In this document: positions 43,681 to 56,318 of the stretch, piece by piece
Layout of the letters: every line of letters starts with the position of its first letter
How positions within the stretch are numbered: position 1 is the first letter of the stretch
Assembly: GCA_916438525.1 (NCBI GenBank)
Contig: CAKAER010000003.1
Span: 827,595-891,594 of the forward strand
Length of the DNA stretch: 64,000 nt
Direction: 5' to 3'
Source: an uncultured Catonella sp.
Lineage (GTDB): Bacteria > Bacillota > Clostridia > Lachnospirales > Lachnospiraceae
The notes under the pieces: generated by a model
Told to the model about the DNA's origin: nothing
What the model saw: only the letters and a program-made list of their open reading frames with translations
Databases searched by the model: none
Program-made: the position numbers and the translations under genes

Positions 43681-44172
43681 TCTCCTCCAATATTCTCCTC
43701 ATGCATCCTTCTACAGAAGCAGTATCTGCCTCCACCACCACATCTGCGTACTTTTCATAAAGCGGACAGCGTTCTTCGTAGAGGTCTTTTAGAGTCTGCC
43801 CTTCTTTTAGGGCTACTCCTCTGTCCTTTAGATTGCCAAGCCTTTTTTCTACCCTTTCATACGGCAGCTTAAGATAGATTACAGTTGAGATTTCTTTTAA
43901 ATGTCCCATGGCATTTTTGCAGTATACTGCGCTGCCACCTGTTGCTATAACCGACTTTTCACAGATTAGCCCTGCATTTATCCTGTCTTCTACCTCTAAG
44001 AAGCCCTCTGTTCCCTTTTCTTCTATAATTTCTGAAAGAAGCTTCCCTGTTTTCTCCTGTATAACAAGATCACTGTCTACAAACCTGTAGCCCATTACCT
44101 TCGCAAGTACGACTCCTACTGTACTTTTTCCGGCCCCCGGCATACCTATTAAAGTTATATTATTTTTTTCAT
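43670..44172 (-). CDS. aroK: Shikimate kinase (start shifted by an A-run indel)
   Basis: LIGMPGAGKSTVG, IATGGS, ER.PLY. Confidence 0.9.
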
Positions 44173-44234
44173 ATTTAATATTATTTTTCTCCTGTTAATC
44201 TTATTCTTTGATTTACCGTACTTATCTTCGGACT

Positions 44235-44939
44235 TTACTGTACCGGACTTTTTTTAATTTTTTTATTCTCTGATTGTTTTTTCTTTAGTTTTTTTATCTT
44301 CTTAATGGTCTCTTTACTTTTCTTAATGGAATATCCAAAAGTCCCAAGTTCTTTTCCAAGTTCATAATATCTTCCATGCGAATAAGCTATAAGCTCTGAC
44401 TTGGCCAGATTAAATCTTCCCTTTTCATCAATGTATCTGCTATCTACTCTCACATTTACCACATCTGCTATAAATAAGCTGTGGCTTCCAAGTTCCATTA
44501 TCTGCCTTACTTTACACTCTATATTTACAGGACTTTCTGCTATAGCTACCGAGTTTATTTTCTCCGAAGCAAGCTTTGTAAGCCTCATTTTCCCAAACTT
44601 ATCCACATCTTTTCCTGACTTTACCCCACAATAATCAGTGGCATAAGCAAGCTCCTTAGTAGTAAGATTTACCACAAATTCTCCAGTCTCCTTTATAATC
44701 TTATAAGAATAACGTTCAGGTCTTATAGACACAGAAAGCATGGGCGGATTGGTACATATAGTCCCCGCCCATGCAAGAGTTATAATATTGCTGTTTCCTT
44801 CTTTGTCAGTAAGACTTACCATTACCGCAGGAAGTGGATAGAGCATATTACCTGCTTTCCATGAGATTTTATTAATTTTACTATCTTCTTTTATACTGCT
44901 TTTTTTCTTTTCTACAACAGTTTTCTTTTTTTCAATCAT
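44235..44939 (-). CDS. Flavin reductase-like (flavoredoxin) protein
   Basis: LYPLPAVMVS, NPPMLSVSIRPERYS, ESPVNIECKV, LGSH. Confidence 0.85.
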   Translation of the reverse strand: MIEKKKTVVEKKKSSIKEDSKINKISWKAGNMLYPLPAVMVSLTDKEGNSNIITLAWAGTICTNPPMLSVSIRPERYSYKIIKETGEFVVNLTTKELAYATDYCGVKSGKDVDKFGKMRLTKLASEKINSVAIAESPVNIECKVRQIMELGSHSLFIADVVNVRVDSRYIDEKGRFNLAKSELIAYSHGRYYELGKELGTFGYSIKKSKETIKKIKKLKKKQSENKKIKKSPVQ

Positions 44940-44949
44940 AGATTTCCTT

Positions 44950-45339
44950 CTATTTCTGCAAATCATTCTTTATCTGGGTAGTAGATATCTCAGGAGTCCT
45001 TGGAAGATACACCACATCACAGTATTTTTTTAAGAAATCAAACTTTCCCTTCCAGTCATCTCCCATAACAAAGGTATCCACCTTGTACGTCTTCACATCT
45101 TCTATTTTCTGTTCCCAGCTCTCCTCAGGAATAACAAGATCTACATAGCGGATAGACTCTACAAGCTGCTTGCGCTGTTCATATGAAAAATAACATTTCT
45201 TTTTCTTCTCATTCCAGTTAAATTCATCTGTGGAAATCGCAACTATAAGATAATCTCCATATTCCTTTGCTCTTCTTAAGATATTGACATGCCCATAGTG
45301 AAGCAAATCAAAAGTTCCGTATGTGATTACTCTCTTCAT
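44950..45339 (-). CDS. tagD: Glycerol-3-phosphate cytidylyltransferase
   Basis: TYGTFDLLHYGH, MGDDW.GKFD, RTPEISTT. Confidence 0.95.
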   Translation of the reverse strand: MKRVITYGTFDLLHYGHVNILRRAKEYGDYLIVAISTDEFNWNEKKKKCYFSYEQRKQLVESIRYVDLVIPEESWEQKIEDVKTYKVDTFVMGDDWKGKFDFLKKYCDVVYLPRTPEISTTQIKNDLQK

Positions 45340-47995
45340 TTTCCTTCTCCTTCCGTAAGCTTTCTTACTGCCTCGTAAAGCCTCTTAGCTGAATGGCGGT
45401 CGCTTTGCACAAAGAAGCTTTCATATCTGCCTTTATATTCCTCTTTAATCCTGCAATCATTTTCTATATATTCACAAAGTACCTCTATAAGCTCATCCGC
45501 CGACTTGCATATCTCCCCGAAGCCTATATTTTCATAGTCAAAATTGGTTATACGCCAGTAAGGAAGTACAGTATCCTGATAATATACCACAGGCTTTCTC
45601 ATATAGGCAAAATCATACTGCACACTACTAAAATCAGTTACCATGAGATTGCTCTGCTTCATTATGGTGACATAGTCCATATCTTCTGTAGGGCTTAACG
45701 TTTCTACTACATCTGTAGTCTCAAAATCCACAGTCTGAGCCTCAAATTTAGGATGGAAGAAAAGTTTTATCTTATAACCCTTTCTTCTTGCGACACTCAA
45801 CAGCTTTTCATCAGTAAGAATCTTATTATAAAGCAGATAAAAACTACTCTCCTTAAACTTAGGATTATATTCGGTTTTCCCATTAGGTGCAGTCTTCCCA
45901 ACCAGAGCCGGTCTCCAGGTAGGTGCAATCAATATCTGATTTCTGCTGTCATCTACAAGGTCATCATATCTTGGATTGCCTGAAGGTATAATCTGGGCAT
46001 CCTTAAAGCAGTTATCCTCATTTTTATAGAGCTCTCTTTCATAATTAGAAGCCACCACTACAGCTGCCGCATTGCTTCCCATCTGGGCATAAGAGGAACT
46101 TCTGGTTATAGGATAGCCATGATACATTCTTATTATCTTAGGGCTTAATAAATCCCTGAAGTATATCAACTTATCCTTTTTAAATCCCAGTTTTAAAAAC
46201 GGCGGTATATGAGTCATAAATATCACTTCGGCAAACAGAGCATAGAATGCCCCTTCATCACTACCTGGTTCTACAACCTTATAACCTTCTTTTATAAGAC
46301 GCTCTCCATCTTTGGTATATTTTTCGATAAAATATACCTTCTCAATTCCATCATCTTTAGTAACCGCATATTTTATCGCATATTCTCCGTTATCTCCTGC
46401 CTTGTAGCTCTTGTCATAATATACCCAGATACGCCTGTTTTTCATTTCCGGAAGGGCTTCTCTATATGCCTTCCTCCATTTAAGAACCTGTGCCAGTTCT
46501 TCTTTCTCATCTGACTCAGGAATGGCAGCTTCATATTTCTTCTATGTACTTAACATAGATATCTTCTGCCTTTCCCCTTGCCTCATCATCTGCCTTTACT
46601 ACAAGAAGCAAATTCCCATTAAGTCTTGCAATATAACCGTCAAAATACCAGTATTTAGCCTCATTTCTGCCTTCTAACTTACTCTGCCAGTTATCTTCAA
46701 AGAAGAGTTTCAGCTCATACTCATCGCCAAATATTGACAAATGAAGAGAAAGCTTCTGTTCTTCACTATCTGCTAAAGGCACAAAAACTTCATAGGCATC
46801 TCTTCTGAATACTTCTTTGTCAAAAAATGTAGTAATAGCTGCAAGTTCAGTAGTTTTCTCTACTTTATATTCCAGAAGTTTTTCATCATAGCTATTTACA
46901 AATCTAAATTTACACTCAGCCCAAGGTAAATAATCCGGCAGGCTGAACTTTATAAATATTCCTTGTCTTCCTTTTTCCTTCCTATGCTCCAAAGTATTGA
47001 CGAGAGGATGTAAACCACTTATTTCATTTACTATACCATATTTTGAATTCTTTAACCTGATCACACCTTTAGTACCGAGTCTTTTATATTCAAGTTCAAG
47101 TTCTTTATCAGGATCCCTTAACATCGCAAAATATCTTCTCAGGTTTCTGTCTAACTTAAGCGCATTGGAACGCATAAAGAGAATTTCATCACTTACCAGA
47201 TTCATTCCTTTTCCGACTTCAGAAAGATACTCTTCCCTTTCTTCATTACTGTCAAATACAAGCTTTACATATTCATTTTTATTTGAAAGAAATCTTGTGC
47301 AGCTAAGGTATAAGAAGCCAAACTGTGCTATTTTGGATAGCTTGCCGTTATTTATAAGATTAGCCAGATATCCCTTTGTAGTTGAAAAATACCAGTCTTT
47401 ATTATGACTCTGACCCATTTTAGGCGAGTTTTCATCAAGCCCTCTTCCTGTAGTATAACTTATTTTACATGCGACAAGACCTTTCGGAGACCTCTCCAGA
47501 TATTTTGTTGCAAAAAGTTCAGCCTTGCAATAACTAAGTTTCTCATTAAAGCTTAGCAAATTATTTTTTATTATATATGTGCGACAAAGTGCTCCAATTA
47601 AAATAGGAGCACCTGTTACCTCTTTTGTTACATCATATGCATAAATATCTTCTGCCATTTTACCAAAATGTGCTAATGGTTTTCCACCTTTTGTCTTAAT
47701 CCTTCCCGTCGCATAGCCTGTCTCCGGATGCTCCTTAAGCAAATCTCTCAGCTTTGTATAATATACATCTTCAAAGACAGCATCTGTATCATAAAAATGC
47801 TATAAATTCTTCTTTAGCTCTTTTCAGCTTTTTCATTTATTATCTGTGGTTTCCAATTAAGATCTATCATAAGAATTTTAGAATTCTCAAGTAATTTTTT
47901 TGTTAATTCTTTCTTTTTCTTTCTATAAATGCTTTTTTTGTATAAGGTATCAGCCCACCTTTTTTAATGGCACTAAATACCCCCTTAATATTCAT
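45336..47995 (-). CDS. CDP-glycerol glycerophosphotransferase (TagF/TagB-like) with long N-terminal region; frameshifted
   Basis: KAGDNGE, HG, GNPRYD, APTWR, HP, TDFSSV.YDFAYMRKPV; probable start MNIKGVF at 47995. Confidence 0.78.
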
Positions 47996-50141
47996 TATAG
48001 AACCTCCTCCAATCTGCATTCACAAAGCTCGGGATCATATCTTTTTCCGCTCTCTGACCTTATTAATACAACTATTTCATCATTTGTAAGTGCACCTACT
48101 ATTTCTTTATGCGTCTTTAGATAATAAATATCATAAATCATCACGAATATTCTGATTTCAATTGGAATTTCGTTTCCTTTAGTTCCATACTTTTTCACCA
48201 CTTCCATCCCAATTTTCGTTCATTAAATATAACTCTTCGGCTGATATGATATTAGTTTCTGAATTACTTATAATATTTAATATAACTGCAGTATTCTCAA
48301 GTAGTTTTCTTGAAAATCTAAGCGTACTAAGGTTTTCTCCCTTCATATTCCATTCAAGTCCTGGTGTTATAATTTTTCCCTATATTAATATAAGTGATAA
48401 GATTCTTTATCTTTTTTTCTATACCAGGCTCCATACAATATACTTTCTCAAATTTCTCTGTCAAAATATTAAGATTTTTTTGTTTTAAATTCTTCTTGAG
48501 GACTGATTTCATATAGTTTGTTTAGCATATCATTAAGGAAAATTTTTTTCTATTTTTTTCTCCCTGGATGCTAATTTATCAGCATACATCATATCATCCG
48601 CTTTTTTAACTATTTCATTAAAATCAATCTCAGAATCTATACTTTCCTTTATGGCATATCCCATAGAAATTGAAGGTTTTACTTCATTATACTTTTCGCT
48701 GTCAAGTTTCTTATTAATTCTTTCTACAAGTAACTGCGCAGCTTTTTCACCGGTATTTGTAAAGAAAATAGCAAACTCATCCCCACCTACTCTTGCTACT
48801 ATGTCATTGCTTCTGCAACAACCGTTAAGTACCGAGGCAATCTTTATAATAAGCTCGTCACCCTTTGCATGACCAAAAACATCATTTGTCAGTTTAAGTC
48901 CATTAATATCTGCCATAAGATAGCAGACAGGATAGCTTTCCGGAATCAGCAATAACTTATCCATAACTTCATGAAAGTAATTCCTGTTAGCCACATTGGT
49001 AACTTCATCATATCTTGACTTACGTAAAATTTCTTTCTCACGTATCTTTCTTACGCTTATATCTCTTGCAGACATATAGATATACTCATTATTAGGAGTT
49101 TTTAAGTCTATCATAAATGCCTCTATATGTATATTGGCAATATCTCTGGTAAGTATCTGCATTTCAGTTTTAATGGTTTCACCGTTTAACCCTTAAGAAA
49201 AGTTCCTCTATATCTACCTCTCTTTTAATTTCATATGGTTTAAGTTCCATAACATATGATGCAAAATTAGTTCCTACAACCTCTTCTTCCCTACGGTAGC
49301 CAAGCATATCCATGCCCGCTTTATTTACATCAACTATCTTATTATCTTTGATAAGAAAAATAGCCTCACTTGAATAATAAAACATTGTTTTAAAATGAGC
49401 TGCATTCTCTCTTAATTCTTCAAGCCTCTTCCTTAATTCCTCATTCATTTTATTAAACTTATCATCGCTTCTATAAAGCTCAAAAATAAGCCTGTTGCTA
49501 TTTTTAATTGCCTCTATGATCTTATAAACTGAGGTTGAAAATACAGGATATACAACCATAAATACCGCAATCGGAATCATAGGCCTTTCCAAGGCTTTTC
49601 CCGGCATCAGAAAAATGCCTGTATCACTTATAATCCCGGTCAGAACCGACATTAAAGCAAAATCCTTTGCTCCAAGTCGTTTACTTCTGCTTTTTAAGTA
49701 ATATAAAAATGTCATTTCCATTATGTAAATGGTCATTATGCTTATTACAGGTATTGCAGCATTTTCTGCATCTTTAACTGTTCTTATTACGGCTGCCGCT
49801 ATGGCTGTGATTGTAGCTGCTATCGGACCATAGACACAGGAGAGGTTAAGTATAACCTCTCTTGCATCATATAAAATTCCACCATCTGCAACATTTTGCA
49901 TAGTTGTAACGCTGTCAAAGTATATGAATACTGCAAATAATGAACCCTGTATTATCTGGGTAATTATAACCGAAGAAAACTTTCTGCTCTTCATTTTGTT
50001 GTCAAAGCCTTCTATCGACTTCAACGCATATAAGTCCTTAAATCTCCTATTAAAGTTTAAATACTCCTCTAAAACTACAGAAACAAGCAAAAGTATAAGT
50101 ACAACACAGACCTTTGATATAAGTCCAACAACCTGTTCCAT
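47995..50141 (-). CDS. Membrane sensor-PAS-GGDEF protein with degenerate HD-GYP-like tail (frameshifted)
   Basis: TM region with 5TM-5TMR_LYT-like YDAREV..GP; PAS-like IVDVNKAG..MLGY; DINGLK..ND.FGH..GD, RSND I-site, GGDEF; tail GNEIP..ESGKRYDP. Confidence 0.75.
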
Positions 50142-50176
50142 ATAAGTCTCTCCCAATTAAAGATAGTAAAATCCCA

Positions 50177-51589
50177 CTATAAATTTTCAACCTTAATCAA
50201 ATTGGTACTTCCTGAAACTCCATTTGCAATTCCACCTGTTATTACAAGTTTATCACCCTTAGCAAGCTTAAGGGTGTCTTCTGCCACTTTTTTAGCCGAA
50301 TAAAAAAGTACATCTGTTGACTCAAAACGCTCACACATCTTAGGAATTACTCCCCAGGAAAGTGCAAGTTTGCGCCAGGTCTTTTCATCAGTTGTAAGGC
50401 CTATGATATCTACAGGTCCTCTGAATCTTGATACAAGACGCGCTGTCATACCTGAAATTGTGCAGGCAACTATCGCCTTTGCATCTATATCTATAGCCAT
50501 GCCACAGGTTGCATGTGAAATGGCATCAGGCTCATTTTTTATATAAAAATCGCTATTATAAAATCTCTTTTTATAATTTATATTTTCTTCCGTTTTTTCA
50601 GCAATCTTAGCCATAGTTGCTACTGCCTGTACAGGATAATGTCCTGCGGCAGTCTCTCCGCTAAGCATGATTGCAGATGTCCCGTCATATACTGCATTTG
50701 CTACGTCAGAGGCTTCCGCTCTGGTCGGACGTGGATTATTTATCATAGATTCAAGCATTTCTGTAGCTGTAATTACCCTCTTACCAAGCATCCTGCACTT
50801 TGTTATAAGGTCTTTCTGAATGGCCGGAAGTCTTTCAAATGGTATTTCTACACCCATATCACCCCTTGCGACCATAATTCCGCTGCAGAGTTCACTTATT
50901 GCTTCTATATTGTCATAGCCCGACTGATTTTCAATTTTTGCTATTAGGCTGATGTCCCCACCGCCATTTGCATCAAGGAATTCGTGTACTGCCTCAAGAT
51001 CCTTTCTTACAGATACAAAGGAGCAGGCTATAAAATCAAGATCGTTCTCTATAGCAAAAAGCAAATCTTCTTTATCCTTATCTGATAAATATTCCTGATG
51101 TATATGCTTACCCGGAAAAGCCATGCTCTTTCTATCTGAAAGCACTCCACCAATAATCACTTCGCACTCTATCTCTTTGTCTGCTGTATTTACCACTTTA
51201 AACTCAGTAAGACCATTATTTACAAGAATTGTATCTCCTTTATTCAGCTCTTTTGCCAGATTTTTATAACTAACAGAAACCTTTGTATTGTCTCCCACTA
51301 TTTCATCTGTAGTAAAGACAAACCTGTCTCCCTCATTAAGTTCTACCTTATGATTTTCAAATACACCTATTCTGTATTCAGGTCCCTTTGTATCAAGCAT
51401 GATTGCTATGGGAAGATCTAACCCGGTACGTACCTTCTTGATAGTTTCTACTCTTTTTTTATGTTCCTCATGTGTACCATGTGAGAAATTAAGTCTGGCA
51501 ACATTCATACCAGCCTTACATAACTCCCTGATCATATCTTCACTTTCACTGGCAGGTCCTATTGTACAAATAATCTTGGTCTTACGCAT
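50177..51589 (-). CDS. pyk: Pyruvate kinase
   Basis: RKTKIICTIGP, RLNFSHG, DTKGPE, AKIEN, MVARGDMGVE. Confidence 0.97.
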   Translation of the reverse strand: MRKTKIICTIGPASESEDMIRELCKAGMNVARLNFSHGTHEEHKKRVETIKKVRTGLDLPIAIMLDTKGPEYRIGVFENHKVELNEGDRFVFTTDEIVGDNTKVSVSYKNLAKELNKGDTILVNNGLTEFKVVNTADKEIECEVIIGGVLSDRKSMAFPGKHIHQEYLSDKDKEDLLFAIENDLDFIACSFVSVRKDLEAVHEFLDANGGGDISLIAKIENQSGYDNIEAISELCSGIMVARGDMGVEIPFERLPAIQKDLITKCRMLGKRVITATEMLESMINNPRPTRAEASDVANAVYDGTSAIMLSGETAAGHYPVQAVATMAKIAEKTEENINYKKRFYNSDFYIKNEPDAISHATCGMAIDIDAKAIVACTISGMTARLVSRFRGPVDIIGLTTDEKTWRKLALSWGVIPKMCERFESTDVLFYSAKKVAEDTLKLAKGDKLVITGGIANGVSGSTNLIKVENL

Positions 51590-51608
51590 GTCTTTTCCTC
51601 ACTTTCTT

Positions 51609-52973
51609 TTATACACTAATATGAAGTACTGCAACTGCAATTGTAAAGTACACCGTCAAAGATACCGCATCTACAATGGTAGTAATCAGTGGACTTGCCA
51701 TAACCGCCGGATCAAATCCAATTTTTTCAGCTACCAGAGGAAGTACACAGCCAATAAATTTTGCAAATATCACAACTACTATAAGAGTAGAACAAATTAC
51801 AAGTGCTACCGGAAGTGCAAGCTTATCAAAAAACACAAGTTTTAAAAAGTTTGCTGATGAAAGGGTTATACCGCAAAGTGCTGCAACCCTTGTCTCTTTC
51901 CATATCACCTTAAAAATTTCATTAAATTCTATTTCCCCAAGAGAAATACCACGTATTACTGATACACTGGACTGGGAACCGGCATTTCCTCCTGTATCCA
52001 TCAGCATAGGTATATAAGCTGTAAGTATTACATATGAAGCAAGCGCGCTTTCATAGTTTCTTATAATCGCCCCGGTAAAGGTTGCAGATATCATAAGTAA
52101 GAGAAGCCATGGCATTCTTTTCTTGTAAGTTTCAAACGTGGTCATTTTATAGTAAGGCTTATCAGATGGGAGCATAGCTGCCATCTTTTCGATATCCTCT
52201 GTAGCCTCTTCCTGTAAAATATCCACTACGTCATCAACTGTAATAATTCCAACCATACGGTTTTCATTATCCACCACAGGCATTGCCGTAAATCCGTACT
52301 TCTGTATGGTAAGGGCTGCCTCTTCCTGATCTGTAAGAGTGTTTATGCTGATTACTTTGGTATTCATAATATTTCCAATCAGCTCATCCGGCTCCCTTAT
52401 AAGCAGATATCTAAGTGCTACTGTTCCCTTTAAAATACGCTGATTGTCAACTACATAGCATATATTTACTGTTTCTGAGTCAAGTCCTCTTCGTTTTATT
52501 CTTACAATTGCCTCTTCCACTGTCATCTGTTCCCTAAGGTCTACAAACTCGACAGTCATTATACTACCTGCACTGTCCTCAGGATAACGGAGAAGATGAT
52601 TTATGTCTGCCCTTGTTTCAGGGCTTGCATTTGCCAGAATTTTCTTTACTACATTGGCAGGCATTTCTTCAAGCAGGTCTGTAGCATCATCCGCCATCAG
52701 ATTATCAATTATATTGGAAGCTTCAGTATCCGACATTGAAGATATTATGTATTGCTGGTCATCCAGCTCAAGATTGGCAAATACGTCTGCCGCCATGTCT
52801 TTTGGTAAAATCCTAAAAAGCTTTAACGAGTCCTCATCCTCCATCTCATCCATAATAAAGGCCAGGTCAACCACGTTCATATCTTCCATTTTTTTTCTGA
52901 GGGCTTTATAATCTTTGCTTAGAAGCAGTTTTTCAAGCTCTTCTCTATAGTTCTCTTCTAAAATATCATCCAC
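51609..52973 (-). CDS. mgtE: Magnesium transporter MgtE
   Basis: CBS pair, RMPWLL, GGNAGSQ, DPAVMASPLITTIVD. Confidence 0.95.
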   Translation of the reverse strand: MDDILEENYREELEKLLLSKDYKALRKKMEDMNVVDLAFIMDEMEDEDSLKLFRILPKDMAADVFANLELDDQQYIISSMSDTEASNIIDNLMADDATDLLEEMPANVVKKILANASPETRADINHLLRYPEDSAGSIMTVEFVDLREQMTVEEAIVRIKRRGLDSETVNICYVVDNQRILKGTVALRYLLIREPDELIGNIMNTKVISINTLTDQEEAALTIQKYGFTAMPVVDNENRMVGIITVDDVVDILQEEATEDIEKMAAMLPSDKPYYKMTTFETYKKRMPWLLLLMISATFTGAIIRNYESALASYVILTAYIPMLMDTGGNAGSQSSVSVIRGISLGEIEFNEIFKVIWKETRVAALCGITLSSANFLKLVFFDKLALPVALVICSTLIVVVIFAKFIGCVLPLVAEKIGFDPAVMASPLITTIVDAVSLTVYFTIAVAVLHISV

Positions 52974-53045
52974 GCCTGATACCTCCTTCTACTTTTTTAT
53001 TAAAACAAATTCACCAAGGATTTTAGCTTTGCTATTCTTGTATCA

Positions 53046-53462
53046 TCAGATGATTATCCCCTCAAGATGGTCACATTCATGTTCAATTATCTCTGCAATA
53101 TATCCACTGTAAAGCTTGATATGCTTTTTGAAATCCTCATCATAATACTCTAAGGTTATATTTCTATGCCTTGTAGCCTTTCTTTCACCTTCAAGACACA
53201 TGCAGCCCTCTTCGGTTTCGTAAGCACCGCTTTTTTTGATTATTTTAGGATTAATCATAACTGTCATCTCGTTGCTGTTTTCAGGCTGAATGGCTATAAC
53301 TGCCTTATTTATACCTATCATGTTGGCTGACATACCTACACATTCATCTGAATAAGCCTTTAAGGTATCTTTCAAATCCTCAACAACTGTCATATCATCC
53401 TTTGTAACCGGTTCTGACTTAAGTCTTAAAAAAAACTGATCTTTAACTAATTCCCTTACCAT
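53046..53462 (-). CDS. def: Peptide deformylase (short, divergent type)
   Basis: GMSANMIG, EGCMCL, HECDHLEG. Confidence 0.85.
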   Translation of the reverse strand: MVRELVKDQFFLRLKSEPVTKDDMTVVEDLKDTLKAYSDECVGMSANMIGINKAVIAIQPENSNEMTVMINPKIIKKSGAYETEEGCMCLEGERKATRHRNITLEYYDEDFKKHIKLYSGYIAEIIEHECDHLEGIII

Positions 53463-53483
53463 AAGTTTTCTATCCTTTTTATT

Positions 53484-55464
53484 TTATTTGACTACTTCTT
53501 TTACAGCCTTAACTACATTTTCCACAGTAAAACCAAATTCCTTAAATAGCACATCCGCAGGAGCAGAAGCCCCAAATCTGTCCAGGCATATAGTCTTTCC
53601 GTCAATTCCTACATACTTACCCCAGCCAAACTCTGAAAGTGCCTCGACCGCAACCCTCGCCCTGACTGACTTAGGGAGTATTTTTTCTTTATATTCATCT
53701 GACTGCTTCTCAAATATATCCATACAAGGCATGGATACAACTCTTACATCAATTCCCTCTTTAGTTAACACTTCCTTAGCTTCAATAGCAAGACTCACCT
53801 CAGAGCCACTTGCAATAAGGATTGCATCAGGTGCCTCCTTAGAAGACTCAGCCACTACATAGCCTCCCTTAAGTGCTTCTTTAGAAGATCCTGCAAGTTG
53901 TGGAAGATTCTGTCTTGTAAGCACAAGGGCTGTAGGAGTCTCCTTAGAATTGACTGCACTGTACCAGGCTGCGATAGTCTCTGTGGCATCAGCCGGACGA
54001 AATACATTGAAGTTAGGCATAGCCCTGAACTCCGCAAGCTGTTCTACAGGCTCATGTGTAGGTCCGTCTTCTCCTACACCGATAGAATCATGCGTAAGTA
54101 CAAAGGTAAGAGGTATCTCCATAAGTGAAGCCAGCCTTGCCATAGGCTTTACATAGTCACTGAATACGAAGAAGGTGGATACATAGGCTTTAAGTCCATG
54201 TAATACAAGACCATTGCCAATCCCCGTCATTGCAAGCTCTCTTACACCAAAATGTACATTTCTGCCTGCATAATTCTCTGCTGAATAATCCCCTGCTCCA
54301 TTTACATAACTCTTGTTGGACGGTGCAAGATCAGCAGAACCTCCAAATGGCAGGAAGCTTGGCTGAAAGCTTATTTAGTACCTTACCTGAAAGATTTCTG
54401 GTCGCATCAGCCTTCTCGTCATAGCTCCAGAAGTCCTCATCATCAAGCAGCTTTTCTGCCTTACTTTCATCCTTAAATTCGTCCCATAAAGCTTTCATCT
54501 CAGGGAATTTCTCACAGTACTCCTTAAACAGGTGGTTCCATTCCTCTTCCTTCTTAGCAAGACTCTCTGCCTTATTCTTATAATTTTCATAAACTTCATC
54601 AGGTACGAAAAACGGTTCTTCACCTGGCCACCCCAGTTTTTTCTTCATAGCGATAATGTTATCCGCACCAAGAGGCGCACCATGCGCATCTGCAGAGCCT
54701 TCCTTAGGTGAACCGAATCCAATTTTTGTATTGATTTTAATAAATGATGGCTGTTCCTTATCAGCCTTAGCTTCTTCTATGGCTTTACCTATTTCAGCAA
54801 GATCGTTTCCGTCTTTAACTTCAATAACATTAAATCCTAAAGCTCTCATTCTGGCCGGAACATCCTCTGTAAAAGCTATGTCTGTATTACCCTCTATTGA
54901 AATCTTATTTGAATCATAGAGTACAATGAGTTTGTTCAGCTTAAGTGTACCTGCAAGTGAAAAAGCTTCATAGTTGATACCTTCCATCATACAGCCATCT
55001 CCACCAAGTACGTATGTATAGTGGTCAACTACCGGGTACCCTTCTTTGTTGAATCTTGCAGCAAGATGTGCCTCTGCCATAGCCATACCTACTGCCATAG
55101 CCATACCTGCACCAAGAGGACCTGTAGACGCCTCTACACCTCTTGTAACACCGTACTCAGGATGTCCCGGGGTCTTAGAACCCCACTGACGGAAACTTTT
55201 TATATCATCAAGTGTAAGCCCATAGCCAAAGAGATGAAGCAGGGAATAAAGAAGCGTTGAGCCATGTCCACCTGAAAGAATGAATCTGTCTCTGTTCTCC
55301 CAATCAGGATTCTTTGGATTGTGGGACATATGGTTCGCCCAGAGTTCATAGCCTATGGCTGCTGCACCAAGCGGAAGTCCCGGATGGCCTGAATTTGCTT
55401 TCTGTACTGCATCTGCCGCCAATACTCTTATAGCATTTACTGACATATTTTCAATATTATTCAT
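53484..55464 (-). CDS. tkt: Transketolase (frameshifts near 54230-54350)
   Basis: SGHPG, RDRFILS.GH, TPGHPE, GDGCMMEG, THDSIGVGEDGPTHEP. Confidence 0.95.
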
Positions 55465-55524
55465 TGTATCCTCCTAAAACATTATATGATGTGGGGTTCA
55501 AAAGTTTTTGATACCCTGTTATTT

Positions 55525-56151
55525 TTATCTGTTTATTATAATATCCCCGGCATAAGGAAGTGTTTTAATCCAGTCACAAAGTATATGCCATTCCTCAAGC
55601 TTATGTGCTTTTCTTGCATAATAAATGTTTGACAGGGTTTCATAGTTTAAGCTGCAGGTTCTAAGCTGATTGTAGCTTGATGGAAGCATTTGTATAAGGT
55701 CATACCAGTAAGTCTTATCCTTAGTCTCTACAAACTTCTTCCTTACTTCTTCCATATAGGCTACAAAGTCGAGAAAATGCTTCTTACTTTCATCTGTCAT
55801 ATGGTCAGTTGAAAAATCTGACTCTTCAAATGCCTTACTATGTATCTTATGCATTGTACTTGTTGAATTGGCTACAGTAGCTACCTTGTATGTATCATAC
55901 TCCTTCCACCAGTATAGTGGTGCTGTGATATCTACAGACACAAAAATCTGCCTTATAAACTTTCTGTGGTCAGGTCCTGCCTTAGCAAGCCTCCTTGCAA
56001 GATCAAGATCGTTTGGCCCCAGAATATAATTTCTATCTTCATCATAATAACTATCTGCTCTTGCCCAGGAATTCATAGGATTTCTGGCCCCCCTCATAGC
56101 ATTTTCAAGGTTTACAACAGAAGTTTTTTCCAATTTTATCATATTTGCCAC
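55525..56151 (-). CDS. ThyX-like conserved hypothetical protein
   Basis: HRKFIRQIFVSVDITAPLYWWKE, STSTMH, LPSSY, NIYYARK.HKL.EW resemble the ThyX fold but lack the RHR motif. Confidence 0.55.
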   Translation of the reverse strand: MANMIKLEKTSVVNLENAMRGARNPMNSWARADSYYDEDRNYILGPNDLDLARRLAKAGPDHRKFIRQIFVSVDITAPLYWWKEYDTYKVATVANSTSTMHKIHSKAFEESDFSTDHMTDESKKHFLDFVAYMEEVRKKFVETKDKTYWYDLIQMLPSSYNQLRTCSLNYETLSNIYYARKAHKLEEWHILCDWIKTLPYAGDIIINR

Positions 56152-56318
56152 CTTTTTAATATCTGTTTCAAGTTTTCACATGAGGTTAGTTTACCACATT
56201 TTCTGCCTATATATCAATAGTTAAACCACCTACCGGCAAAAAACCTTGCTATAACCTCTTTTATGCCTTATAATAAGAGAAATTATATCATATAATAATC
56301 CTATAAGAGAGGTATGAA

